A DNA stretch of 62,474 bases, counting the filler. It is 4 parts of 4 records of this genome, joined end to end, with 100 filler letters (N's around TTAATTAATTAA, not from the genome) between each part and the next. Parts side by side here need not be neighbours in the genome. Positions count along the whole stretch, not along the records: positions 1 to 15,403 come from DRR723986_604; 3 more parts are not named here. One strand, written 5' to 3'. Below, piece by piece: positions 1-9,902 of the stretch. The translations under genes were made by a program, and so were the position numbers. Numbering within the stretch: the first letter of the stretch is position 1; each line of letters begins with the position of its first letter. The notes beneath the pieces were generated by a model. The model was not told where the DNA came from, ran no database searches, and saw nothing but the letters and a program-made list of their open reading frames with translations.

Positions 1-159
1 CTGTGAGCTGAAGTCATACACCTCTCGAATACAGTAGCCCCGTGTATTAGCGGCTCACAGCTGGTGTGGACAATTTGGTTGAGGCTCCAATATTTTTTAG
101 CCGAAATGCCTTGACTTGCTGAGTAGACTCGCCACCTGGAATTCTTATGCCCTGCGATT

Positions 160-393
160 TTAGCGATGCTGGTGAGCGCTTCTCTGAACGTCCCCAAGTC
201 CCGATTTTTGGTGACTATCACTCGGAATCTGTCGGTTTGCAGCACTGCGGTTTTCCTCGGCCCACCCTGAGCAGAAACGTGGCCCAACGCCAAATACTCG
301 CACATTACTGGCATAAATTCTGGTAGCGATAGTTGTCCGCTCGCTCTTTGCCACTTTGGCTTCTGCTTGCAGACTGTGTGTTGAAATATACAT
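160..393 (-). CDS. small hypothetical ORF immediately downstream of the palindromic operator (possibly a leader ORF)
   Basis: Strong SD (AAGGAGAAGGA) just upstream of ATG 393; no recognisable domain. Confidence 0.3.
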   Translation of the reverse strand: MYISTHSLQAEAKVAKSERTTIATRIYASNVRVFGVGPRFCSGWAEENRSAANRQIPSDSHQKSGLGDVQRSAHQHR

Positions 394-401
394 ATTCCTT
401 C

Positions 402-429
402 TCCTTATTTAGACTTAGTCTAAGTTAAG
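402..429. promoter_or_regulatory. palindromic operator, probable Fur-family iron box
   Basis: Perfect 7-1-7 inverted repeat TTAGACT-T-AGTCTAA (409-423); 18 bp (402-419) identical to 14938-14955 upstream of the heme receptor. Confidence 0.75.
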
Positions 430-942
430 TAAAAGTGGTGATGCATGCAACCCCGTAGTTGAGGCTGTGCGGTGTCGTGGCATTCTAGCAAATACTTGTT
501 CTCGCGCAGACCTTGCCCGTGAGCGTACCCGGTTGGCAAAATTTGCGACCACAAGCTGGGCGGGGGTGTTTACAATCAAGACATCGCCGGCAATAATTTG
601 GGAAAGCCTCTAGTTGAAGTGTATGTTGTGTAGGAAAAGACGCGGTATCGAAAGAAGAAGATATGATTGAAAGATGGCATGCTGCTCCACTGCCGTAGAG
701 CTAATTGCAAAAGAACCGGTGTAGACCTGTTGTTTTCAAAGATGCTGCGGAGTTGAACATACCTTGTTAGCATGCCCGTGCTTCCAACCGTTTTTTACGC
801 GGCAGTTCGGAGCAAGTGAAATCTCTTTGCAGTATGACAACTGCACAAGCTGGGGGCGAAACTTCTGGCCTGGCGGGCAATCACAACTCAGCCATGTGTT
901 CAGTCTAAACCATCGGCTATAAAAAGTTCAAAGAATTAGAGA

Positions 943-1686
943 TTGCAAATGTTACCCACAGAAGAACTTCCAGATGAAATGAGCGTCAGCAAACCACGCG
1001 GAATCGGTGGCTGGTTAATAGTGCCGATGATTAGTTTGATCTTGGCACTGATTGTGACAATGTCGCAGTTTTTTATTGAAACACTTCCCCTGATCCAGGC
1101 AACTGCAGATCCGCTTTCTGACGCAGCCTGGATGATGGCAAACATTCCTAACTTTGAATTCATCTTGTGGCTTGAGGTATTTGTTGGTTTTGCATTTGTG
1201 CTGGTCGAAATAGCGCTGCTTGCTCTGATGGTTCAAAAGTACCACCACTTTCCACTACTGTTTATAGTCTATTTAGTGCTTGCATTTCTGTGGATTACCG
1301 GCGATGCAATCGCCGCACATTTTATTTTCCTGGACTACAGTGATTCTGGGTTCCTCGAGGAGAATATCAAGGACATTGTCCGTGGATTTTCTTCAATGAT
1401 GATCTGGAGCATTTACATGTTAAACTCGAAACGAGTTCGCAATACTTTTGGCCTCGTTAGACTGCCAGGCGACAGCCGGACATCAGATGCTGAGCCTGCT
1501 GAAGAAGAAGTGTCGGAGGAGTTAAACGATGATCAAAATTCAGACCAAACAGAATCATTAAACAGTAATTCAGCAATCGTTCCTGAGTCGGATTCAGACG
1601 AAAGCAGTGAGCCGGATAGCCAAAATTCACAAGATGCCACAAGCCAAGCTGACAGCGATGATGCAGTACCGAAAGAGCCGAACTAA
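943..1686 (+). CDS. DUF2569-family membrane protein with acidic low-complexity C-tail
   Basis: GIGGWL N-terminal motif, about 4 TM helices, W..Y...SKRVRNTF C-terminal motif; start may be ATG 949. Confidence 0.75.
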   Translation: MQMLPTEELPDEMSVSKPRGIGGWLIVPMISLILALIVTMSQFFIETLPLIQATADPLSDAAWMMANIPNFEFILWLEVFVGFAFVLVEIALLALMVQKYHHFPLLFIVYLVLAFLWITGDAIAAHFIFLDYSDSGFLEENIKDIVRGFSSMMIWSIYMLNSKRVRNTFGLVRLPGDSRTSDAEPAEEEVSEELNDDQNSDQTESLNSNSAIVPESDSDESSEPDSQNSQDATSQADSDDAVPKEPN

Positions 1687-1875
1687 TCTGCTTGCTTCCC
1701 GTTCAGCAAACTGGTAGCTACAGCAGACAGCCTGGAAACGTAAGGGGAAGTTCCTTGTGCGCTTCTGCACAAGTAAGTGTCATGTGCGGGTAGATATTCG
1801 CCGGATCGTGTGTATCTTAAGCCATACTTTACTCTTTCAGTCATTTTCCCAGCACAAACGGTGAAGGGTAAGACC

Positions 1876-2499
1876 ATGCAACCGCCGCACAAAAGTTCGC
1901 AGAAAACTTCTCCCAGTAAGACAGAGCCGGCTCCGGCAGCTGAAGGCCTTGGTGGCTGGATGTTGTTTCCGATGATACTCCTGGCCTTTACAATCTCAAT
2001 TTGTATCGGCAACCTGGTGCAGCTCGTTGGCAAGTTGTGGGGCAGCAGCGCAATTGTACTTGCCGAGCAGAACACGCTGGAGACCTGGGGTATTGACCTG
2101 CCATTAATATTAACTATTGCCGTAATTGCAAATTCGCTGCTGTTAATCTTTGGCACTGTTATGATTGTTTTGGCCATTAAGCGGCACTACATGTTCCGCT
2201 GGTTACTCATCGCGCATTTTGCATTATTTGTTGTTTGCGCGGTTCTGGTGAACTTAACGGAATTACTTATTCCAATCGGCACAATGGACACTACGGCTGC
2301 TATGAGTGTCCTTGGACTTTCGGAATTGCTGGCGGCCGGGATCAGTCTCTTATTTGCACAATATGCGGTTTATTGTGGGCTGTTTACAATTGCCTCCGGA
2401 TATCTGATTCTCTCCACTCGCGCAAGCAATACCTTTAAGCGCAGGAATTTGCGCAGTCAAAGAACACCTGAGTTGAACAACCTGGATCTGCAGGAGTGA
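1876..2499 (+). CDS. DUF2569-family membrane protein (paralog)
   Basis: GLGGWM motif, TM helices, YLILSTRASNTF motif; ATG 1876 chosen over upstream GTG. Confidence 0.7.
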   Translation: MQPPHKSSQKTSPSKTEPAPAAEGLGGWMLFPMILLAFTISICIGNLVQLVGKLWGSSAIVLAEQNTLETWGIDLPLILTIAVIANSLLLIFGTVMIVLAIKRHYMFRWLLIAHFALFVVCAVLVNLTELLIPIGTMDTTAAMSVLGLSELLAAGISLLFAQYAVYCGLFTIASGYLILSTRASNTFKRRNLRSQRTPELNNLDLQE

Positions 2500-2749
2500 A
2501 GGCCCAAACCTTAAACTTTCACCAGTTAGGTGAATGATGAATTGGCAAGTTTTGGTTCATGTTTCTAACAGCGTGTATGGTCGGTGTTCACAATCGCGAT
2601 ACTAAAGAATGCTCTACCTTAACCGATTATCATTTTCAAAGTAAAGCACATACAACTGGCATGTTTTGACCAGTTTCACATACCGCGTTTCTATAAACAA
2701 TTAACTAAGGTGCATGCAAAATGGAAGTTGGATGTTCTAGTTTCAGAAT

Positions 2750-3420
2750 TTAATTAACAATTTCACCCCCCCGACAACGACTGCGCAATTGCATAAATCG
2801 TATACTCTTGGCCATCTTCGGTATATATCTTAAAAATTCATTCTGCCGATACCAACCATTAGACCCTGCCCGACGGAGAATTCTGCCAGGTCGGCAGCCG
2901 TAAGAGTATAAGAGCCAGTGTCATCTACAACTGTGTGCCAGAGAACCGAATCATCAAGGTTTGGATCATCCGACATGTACATCAGAGCAATGGCTACGCC
3001 GAGGTCGTTATTTGGATCAGCATTCCAGTTAATCGTGATGCTCTGCGACTTACTCAGTTGATTGTTATAACCAGATAGCGCGGGCGACAAAATTTTTTAA
3101 CTCAGTCGGCATGTACATAGTGGTCGTAAATGTGGGCACACCACTCTGCGCATTTCCTGCTAAAACAAACGTTCCGATGCCACCAAACGATGGTATTAGC
3201 CCGCCAGATTCAGGATAAATGAGATCCCGATACACAAAACGTTTGCCTAGATCACTTTCGAATGTGACTCCACCGACTCTCATTGTTCCTCCGTCGGATG
3301 GTTTTCCTTGTGGTTGAATCACGAACCTTCACGACCCAAGTGTGTGTTGCAAGGACAGTCAGACAGGTGAAAACTGACAGTTCTAGGGCTGGAAGTGGGC
3401 TGGCGTCCGTCGGATATGGA
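2750..3420 (-). pseudogene. frameshifted gene for a beta-rich, probably exported hypothetical protein
   Basis: ORFs 3065-3322 and 2830-3090 join into one sensible protein if single bases are removed at T6 (3093-98), A5 (2832-36) and C7 (2766-72); 5' boundary uncertain. Confidence 0.6.
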
Positions 3421-3815
3421 AATGATTCCACGCAAGTATTGAAAACGATCGATTCGAACTGTGAGCGATTGAGTCACTATCTTATTCACGATATTAATTG
3501 CACAGTTTTTCGTAGGCTACCACGCTGACTACGAAACACTCTAACGTTCACGACATCTTCCACCCTCACAAGACTGGCGAAGTTCTTTTTCTGATTTATC
3601 CAGGCCGGAACTATGCTAATACGGCAGCAGGTTGTATATTGCAGGCGCTTATCCAGCGTTTAGGCCTGCCCTTTTACAGACCGGCGGCCAAAGCTCTAAA
3701 CGCAGATATCCATAGACAGTGACGGTTGCACCACTTCCAAACCGTCACAGGCGAACTGACTTCACTCATGTGTTAACTGCAACATTAATTTAACCTGATC
3801 CTAGAAAACACTCCT

Positions 3816-4604
3816 ATGTCAAAAACTGTAGAATGGAACCCGAATCAATACCTTAAATTCGCAGATCATAGACTGAGGCCGGCACTGGAACTGTTGAGTC
3901 GCATTCGCCTGGAAAATCCTGCCGTGATTCACGATTTGGGCTGTGGGACCGGCAATGTGACCAATTTGCTGGCGCAGCGCTGGCCTGAAGCCGAAATCCA
4001 TGGGATGGATACTTCAGCTGAAATGTTAAAAAAGGCGAGTGCGGATCATCCGCACATTAACTGGCATCAAGCGGATATCAGCAGTTGGGAGCAGAGTCCT
4101 GCGCCGGATCTGATTTTCACCAACGCGGCGCTGCACTGGGTAGAAAATCACGAAGAATTGTTTCCGCGTCTTGCCGGAATGTTAAACGCTGGCGGTTGTC
4201 TTGCGATTCAGGTGCCGGCCAACTGGAAAAAACCGTCACATCAGTTGCTGCGTGACGTGCTCGATGACTGCGGTGGACGCAATTTATGGACGGATGGATT
4301 GCGCGCAGAGCTGGATGCCGTCGGAATTCTGCCGGTTGAAGATTACTTTCGTCTGCTGAGTCCAAATGTTAAGTCGTTGGACGTGTGGCGCACAGAATAT
4401 ATGCAGGTGCTGGAACAGGAAGACGCCGTATTTAACTGGGTGCGGTCCACCGTGGTGCGTCCGGTACTGGCACATCTTGATGAAGCAAATGCCACCTTGT
4501 TTGTAGATGAGTTTAAAGCGCGATTGCGGCGGGCTTACCCGATGCAGGCGGACGGGACGACGCTGTTCCCATTCTCGAGACTGTTTATCGTGGCGACTGT
4601 CTAA
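3816..4604 (+). CDS. tam: trans-aconitate 2-methyltransferase family SAM-dependent methyltransferase
   Basis: WNPNQYLKF..R.RPA.ELL, DLGCGTGN, NAALHW, TLFPFSRLFIVA motifs. Confidence 0.9.
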   Translation: MSKTVEWNPNQYLKFADHRLRPALELLSRIRLENPAVIHDLGCGTGNVTNLLAQRWPEAEIHGMDTSAEMLKKASADHPHINWHQADISSWEQSPAPDLIFTNAALHWVENHEELFPRLAGMLNAGGCLAIQVPANWKKPSHQLLRDVLDDCGGRNLWTDGLRAELDAVGILPVEDYFRLLSPNVKSLDVWRTEYMQVLEQEDAVFNWVRSTVVRPVLAHLDEANATLFVDEFKARLRRAYPMQADGTTLFPFSRLFIVATV

Positions 4605-4791
4605 ACTGCTTCCGGCTTCCGGAACATAGCGCAGCGCTACAAACAAGATGGTTTTGCTTAAAAAGAAACCCTGTAGAGAGTTGGTTCAACTTTGCCAAAA
4701 ATAGCTTGCGCAGTGCGTGGAACGACAATATTTTGTATGTTTTACGACGATCAGTACACTGAAACAAGCATCTGAAGCAGAGGAGAACAAC

Positions 4792-5808
4792 GTGAAACAT
4801 ATTGCAATTTTTGCAGACGGCACCTGGAATTCACCTGAGAGTGATGCGCCGACGAATGTGCTTAAAATGGCGCGTGCGATTAAACCCGAGCACAACGGAA
4901 TTAGTCAGGTTGCTTTTTACGATTGGGGAATTGGCACCGACCGTAAAAAACTTATGGGTGGGATTTCCGGTGCAGGTATCGATAAAAACATCATGGACTG
5001 TTATCGCTTTCTGGTGCACAATTATGAACCGGGTGATAAGTTGTTCTTTTTTGGGTTTAGCCGCGGCGCATACACCGTGCGATCCCTGGGTGGTTTTATT
5101 CGTAACTGTGGATTGTTAAGACGCGAAGAGGCCGCGAATATTCCCAGGGCCTATAATTTCTACCGCAAACGTGGCAAAAATTACACGCCGGATTCGGCAA
5201 ATGGTAAAACCCTGCGCAGAAAATATGCCGTAGCTGATATTACCGATATTGAATTCGTTGGCGTCTGGGATACGGTTGGTTCACTGGGAATTCCCGTGCC
5301 ATTTTGGGGAACATTGGGAGAGAAAGAATTTCTGTTTCACGACACAAAACCGAGCCGGATTGTTAAACACGCACGCCACGCAGTTTCGATTGATGAGGAC
5401 CGTGAAGATTTTGTTGAAACAGGTTGGGACTCCAAACCGGGAATGGATATTAAACAAGTCTGGTTCGCCGGGGTGCACACAGACGTCGGCGGCGGCTACA
5501 AGGAAAAGGGTTTGAGTGACTGCGCCTCCCAGTGGATGATCAAAGAAGCTGAGGCCTGCAATCTTAAGTTTGCGGCACATTTGTACGAAAGGCTGAGTCC
5601 AAATCCCGAGGATAAGCTGCATAATGCGCGGACGGGAATGTTCCGGATTCGCGGAGAACACGTTCGTGAAATTACCGGTCCCATACACTCATCTGTTAAA
5701 CAACGCTGGGACGCCAATCCGCAGAATTATCGCAAGCGCAGCAAAGCACTCAAACGTTTACTGGACTCTGTGAACGGCGACTGGTCTAAAATTGAAGTCG
5801 TGGATTGA
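4792..5808 (+). CDS. DUF2235 alpha/beta hydrolase (Tle1-like domain)
   Basis: DGTWN, FGFSRGAYTVR, GVWDTV, HAVSIDE.R, QVWFAGVHTDVGGGY; SD AGGAG before GTG 4792. Confidence 0.9.
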   Translation: MKHIAIFADGTWNSPESDAPTNVLKMARAIKPEHNGISQVAFYDWGIGTDRKKLMGGISGAGIDKNIMDCYRFLVHNYEPGDKLFFFGFSRGAYTVRSLGGFIRNCGLLRREEAANIPRAYNFYRKRGKNYTPDSANGKTLRRKYAVADITDIEFVGVWDTVGSLGIPVPFWGTLGEKEFLFHDTKPSRIVKHARHAVSIDEDREDFVETGWDSKPGMDIKQVWFAGVHTDVGGGYKEKGLSDCASQWMIKEAEACNLKFAAHLYERLSPNPEDKLHNARTGMFRIRGEHVREITGPIHSSVKQRWDANPQNYRKRSKALKRLLDSVNGDWSKIEVVD

Positions 5809-6685
5809 TTGCTTTGTCACAAGCCGCGACGAGGCTTTTGTCATTTGTTGAATCCACAGGAGCTCCAAATGGCGCGCCGGCACCTCCTTGCTGATCGGGA
5901 GCGTTGAGAACAAAGGGCTGACCGTGATGCGGGTGTTTGTAGACTTCAACATCCAGTCCAAAAGCTGTGCTGATGTTGGAGGATGTTAACACGTCCCATG
6001 GCGTTCCAAATGCCAGACGCTCTCCGTTGTACAGCAGGCAAATTGAATCTGCAAATTGTGCCGCCAGGTTCAGGTCGTGGATAATGATTGTGACGCTTAA
6101 GCCGAATTCATCGGCCAGGCGCCGTAGCAGGCGCAGCATACGGTCCTGCTGTTTAATGTCCAAGCCCGAATTGGGCTCGTCCAGCAACAGATATTTGCCA
6201 CGCAGGCTCTCGTCATCTTTGCCACGAATTTGGGCGAGGGCGCGGGCAAGCTGGATTCGCTGTTGTTCGCCGGTTGAAAGTGTCAGGAAGTCGCGTTCGG
6301 CCAGGTGGCCGGCGGATACAAGATCGAGCAAATGGTAGGCAGCGCGTGCATCATCGGCGTTGACCGCACCATTGTGAACGGGAAGGCGTCCAAGCAAAAC
6401 TACATCAACGGCAGCATAGGAGAAACTCAATCGCGCGTTCTGCGTCATAACTGCGCGCCGCAGCGCCAGGTCCTTGCGGTTCCAGTCTGCCAGGTCACGG
6501 CCGTCGATGTTAACGTTTCCAGACTGCACCGGCAGCTCAGCACAGAGCAGGCGCATCAGAGTTGTTTTACCTGCGCCATTGCAGCCCATGACAGCCGTAA
6601 TTTTTCCGCTGTCGGCACTGAGTGAGATGTCTTTGAGAATCGCCTTGCGGCCGTGAGCGAACGAGACATTTTTTACACGAATCAC
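5786..6685 (-). CDS. hmuV: heme ABC transporter ATP-binding protein
   Basis: Walker A GCNGAGKT, LSTGEQQRIQLARALAQI, LLDEP, HDLNLAAQF. Confidence 0.9.
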   Translation of the reverse strand: MIRVKNVSFAHGRKAILKDISLSADSGKITAVMGCNGAGKTTLMRLLCAELPVQSGNVNIDGRDLADWNRKDLALRRAVMTQNARLSFSYAAVDVVLLGRLPVHNGAVNADDARAAYHLLDLVSAGHLAERDFLTLSTGEQQRIQLARALAQIRGKDDESLRGKYLLLDEPNSGLDIKQQDRMLRLLRRLADEFGLSVTIIIHDLNLAAQFADSICLLYNGERLAFGTPWDVLTSSNISTAFGLDVEVYKHPHHGQPFVLNAPDQQGGAGAPFGAPVDSTNDKSLVAACDKAINPRLQF

Positions 6686-7770
6686 ATTAGACTCCAGTTG
6701 CGTTTAAAGCGGATTAAGAGCCACAGAAAAAATGGACCACCGATTGCAGATGTTAATATTCCCACCGGCATTTCGGCAGGCGCGGCGAGTGTGCGTGCCG
6801 CCAGGTCAGACACCAGAAGTAAGATTCCGCCGGCCCAGATTGAAAGCGGGATAACACGCTGATGATGTGAGCCGACGATCAGGCGGACGATGTGGGGAAC
6901 TACCAGGCCAATAAATCCAATGACTCCGGCCATTGAGACGGCGGCGCCGACTATTAACGCGGCGAGCAGGATAATGTGAAGTTTACTGCGCTCAACATTG
7001 ATCCCCAGGTGTGATGCCTCGCGTTCGCCAAGCATTAACGCATCAAGATTGCCCGCATAACGGGTGAGCGCCAGCATCGCCGGAATCATGAAGAGTGCCG
7101 CAATGCCGATGGACGTCCAATCCGCACCTGAGAGGCTCCCCAAAAGCCAGAAAGTTACGGTGCGCAGTTCACTGTCATCGGCGATAAACATCATCAAACC
7201 GATGAAGGCGCCGGCAATCGCGTTAACCGCAATTCCGCCGAGGATGATGACGGCAACCGATGTCTCACCATTACGCGTTGACAACTTAAACACAACCCAG
7301 GTAGCGAGGAGGCCGCCGGCGAATGCAGCCGCAGGCGTAAGAAACATGCCGAGCGTGCCGGCCAGAGATCCAAGAGCCCCCGTGCCCAAAACGATGAAGG
7401 CCACAGCCCCGCAGGCGGCACCGTTGCTGATGCCAATCAGTGCCGGGTCGGCCAAAGGATTGCGGAAGAGCCCTTGAATTGCCGCGCCACTCACGGCCAG
7501 TCCGGCTCCCAGAAGAATGCTGAACAAGGTGCGCGGCAAACGAATAGACATAACGATGGCCTGCTGTGCGGACGTGTACTCCCAGCCGAGGTCTATACCC
7601 AGGCTGGAAGCCAGTATCGCGACAATCTCTTTGATTCCCAGGTTGGCCGCTCCGTAGGAAATCGAAATCAGCGCCAGTCCTGTTAATGACAGAATGATGA
7701 AGGGAGTCACAGGGATAGTCCTGGCGCTCGCTTGTTTAACTCCCAGAACGGAACTGGCCATGCTGTTCAT
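6682..7770 (-). CDS. hmuU: heme ABC transporter permease (FecCD family)
   Basis: IRLPR, QGLFRNPLADP, LGEREASHLG, IGFIGLVVPH, GGPFF motifs. Confidence 0.9.
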   Translation of the reverse strand: MNSMASSVLGVKQASARTIPVTPFIILSLTGLALISISYGAANLGIKEIVAILASSLGIDLGWEYTSAQQAIVMSIRLPRTLFSILLGAGLAVSGAAIQGLFRNPLADPALIGISNGAACGAVAFIVLGTGALGSLAGTLGMFLTPAAAFAGGLLATWVVFKLSTRNGETSVAVIILGGIAVNAIAGAFIGLMMFIADDSELRTVTFWLLGSLSGADWTSIGIAALFMIPAMLALTRYAGNLDALMLGEREASHLGINVERSKLHIILLAALIVGAAVSMAGVIGFIGLVVPHIVRLIVGSHHQRVIPLSIWAGGILLLVSDLAARTLAAPAEMPVGILTSAIGGPFFLWLLIRFKRNWSLM

Positions 7771-8681
7771 CAGTGTTGCTCCGAAACGGTATGTTGCAGA
7801 CCGTTAACCAGTTCCAGTAGCGCTTCTCCGAGCCGCGGACCAAACCCCAGCAGTAACAAGTCATCAATGACAATGACGCGTTTGGAGAGACCAGCCGGCG
7901 TTTGCGCAACTCCTGGAATTTTTAAGAGACCGTCTAAACCACCAACGCTCTCAAGTCCGGATGTCGTTACAAGCAACAGTTCCGGCACGCGTTCAATAAT
8001 TGCTTCGGCGCTGACCGGTTTCCAGCCTTCAAGATCACTGAAGACATTAACGGAATTGGACCAGTTTAACATAAAGTCAACCGGCGTGTCCGTGCCTGCG
8101 GCATTTAAGACTTTGGGACCACGGAGGTATAGCATCAGTACTCTGTGTGAGCTGTTTGAAGCCTGCAGAAGCGATTTGGCTTCGTTCATCTGGGCATCCA
8201 GCGTACGAATCAAGGCCTGGCCGCGTTCTTCTGCATCCAGAGCGGTAGCGAGCATCAAAATCTTGTCTCTGGCGCCGTCGATACTGAAAGTTTCCGGGAC
8301 GCGCACAAGCGGAATTCCGGAATTGCGTAATTGGTCAATCACGTGTTCAGGGCCGGCCAATTCTGATACGATAATCAGGCTTGGTTCAAAAGCGAGAATG
8401 CCTTCGGCGGCCAGCGCACGCCAATATCCGAGTTTAGGGAGATTCTCAAGGTCCGACGGGTACGTACTGGAAATGTCCGTCGCAACAATATTTTGCTTAA
8501 AACCGAGTGCACAAACGACTTCCGTTACAGGACCGCCGAGAGAGACAATCCTGGAACGATCCGAGATTTCGACCGTTTTTCCATCAGCATCGGTCAGACT
8601 GACTTGAGCAAACAATTGTCCGGGAAGGCAAAAGCAAGCAACGACCAGGCAACTACATATGATCAGAAGAGAGTTAAACAT
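7770..8681 (-). CDS. hmuT: heme ABC transporter periplasmic binding protein
   Basis: Signal peptide, RIVSLGGPVTE, D.SSTYP, GYWRAL.AEG, LLGFGPR; SD GGAGG before ATG 8681. Confidence 0.88.
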   Translation of the reverse strand: MFNSLLIICSCLVVACFCLPGQLFAQVSLTDADGKTVEISDRSRIVSLGGPVTEVVCALGFKQNIVATDISSTYPSDLENLPKLGYWRALAAEGILAFEPSLIIVSELAGPEHVIDQLRNSGIPLVRVPETFSIDGARDKILMLATALDAEERGQALIRTLDAQMNEAKSLLQASNSSHRVLMLYLRGPKVLNAAGTDTPVDFMLNWSNSVNVFSDLEGWKPVSAEAIIERVPELLLVTTSGLESVGGLDGLLKIPGVAQTPAGLSKRVIVIDDLLLLGFGPRLGEALLELVNGLQHTVSEQH

Positions 8682-9750
8682 TGACTGCGGCCTCCAGCAT
8701 CTCAAAGTGTTGACTGAGCGTTTGGCGCCACTCATTGAGTTCAGGAATTCCAGGCTTGCGTTTGCCAAAGAGTTGCAGGACCATTTCACCACGTGTGTTA
8801 TACACTTCCAACGAGTGGATCATACCGTCACGACTGGGCTTGCGAACTAACCAGCAGGAACTGAGGTCTTCTTGTTTGACGTGCAGATTAAATCCGGGAT
8901 CCATAATGTTAAACCAGCCATTCCATTCGGCGGTTTTGTTGATGGTGCCGGAGAAAATTTGGAGCATGCCGTGATTTCCGGCAAATGCCATTATCGGTGT
9001 TTGGTTCGAAGCTGCAGTCTGCAGAACGTCCGTAAATGCCAGGGTGCTAACCTGCTGTGTCCATTCGGCACCGGCAATACTAAGTGCGTGTTGGCGCGCC
9101 AGTTTGTGTTTTTTAAGCATGCCAAAGAACTCATGTGTGTCCTGCAGCTTTGACCAGTCCTGCCGAAACTGTTCTACATTCGCATCCTGATTAATAGCGC
9201 TGTTTATGGCTGCAATATGTCCTGGTTTTTCAATTTCAATTGGAACGGGGTTGCACGGTTCCTGGTCTGCAGTAAACAAGTCAGCTTCCAGCTTGTCAAA
9301 GGCAGCCGTGTCTGAATCTTCCAGAAGATAAACCTTGTGAACAGCCGCACCGTGCTTGTCAAAAATCTGAAAACTCGTAAGTGTTTTACGGGGAGTAGTG
9401 CGGCGCTCGGAATACAGACTATGCCAGGCTGCCGGAAAAATACGCAGGTCGATTTCTGGGCCCAGGACCAGGCCATGGTGTTTGTTTAACTCAATATGTT
9501 CGTAAGTCCCTTTGACTTCATGGACAACATCATCGTTGCGCGTTAATGCCATAACACGGCCCAGCTCACCCAAGCGGGGAATGAACTTTTGCCAGTCATT
9601 TTTAAGGCGTTTAACGGTTTTACCACATTCTGTCGAGAGCAGAGTTTCCTCGCTGACGCCGAGTTCGGCGGCTGCGTTGCGAATCCGCGGGGGATTTTCA
9701 GTCTGGCGCATGGCCTGCCACTTTTGGGCAATATCAGCTAAATTGGGCAT
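8674..9750 (-). CDS. hemS: HemS/ChuS/PhuS heme-binding/degrading protein (two ChuX-like domains)
   Basis: RIRNAA.ELGVSE, VMALTRN...VHE, IDLRIF, DTHEFFGML, QLFGKRKPG.PE..EWR. Confidence 0.92.
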   Translation of the reverse strand: MPNLADIAQKWQAMRQTENPPRIRNAAAELGVSEETLLSTECGKTVKRLKNDWQKFIPRLGELGRVMALTRNDDVVHEVKGTYEHIELNKHHGLVLGPEIDLRIFPAAWHSLYSERRTTPRKTLTSFQIFDKHGAAVHKVYLLEDSDTAAFDKLEADLFTADQEPCNPVPIEIEKPGHIAAINSAINQDANVEQFRQDWSKLQDTHEFFGMLKKHKLARQHALSIAGAEWTQQVSTLAFTDVLQTAASNQTPIMAFAGNHGMLQIFSGTINKTAEWNGWFNIMDPGFNLHVKQEDLSSCWLVRKPSRDGMIHSLEVYNTRGEMVLQLFGKRKPGIPELNEWRQTLSQHFEMLEAAVNV

Positions 9751-9818
9751 AATAGAATCCTTTGTTTTAGTATTGCTGTTAAACAAGATACTGTTGAGTT
9801 AACAAGCGACTGAAAATT

Positions 9819-9870
9819 TGTAATGGCGGGATCTGCAGACTCTCGGTTTTCGCAGACTCCCACCATTACA
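9819..9870 (-). terminator. intergenic stem-loop (terminator or mRNA-stabilising hairpin)
   Basis: TGTAATGG/CCATTACA outer stem plus GGG..TCTGC/GCAGA..CCC inner stem; followed by AATTTT on the minus strand. Confidence 0.55.
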
Positions 9871-9902
9871 GAGTGATCATCTCACATTGAAGCAAGTGAA
9901 GA

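Noticed and set aside
3645-3750. SAM-I riboswitch upstream of tam (CTTATC start)
   Set aside because: Lacks the GAGGGA, GCAACC and GTGC core elements
4792-5808. T6SS effector locus
   Set aside because: No vgrG, PAAR, adaptor or immunity gene adjacent
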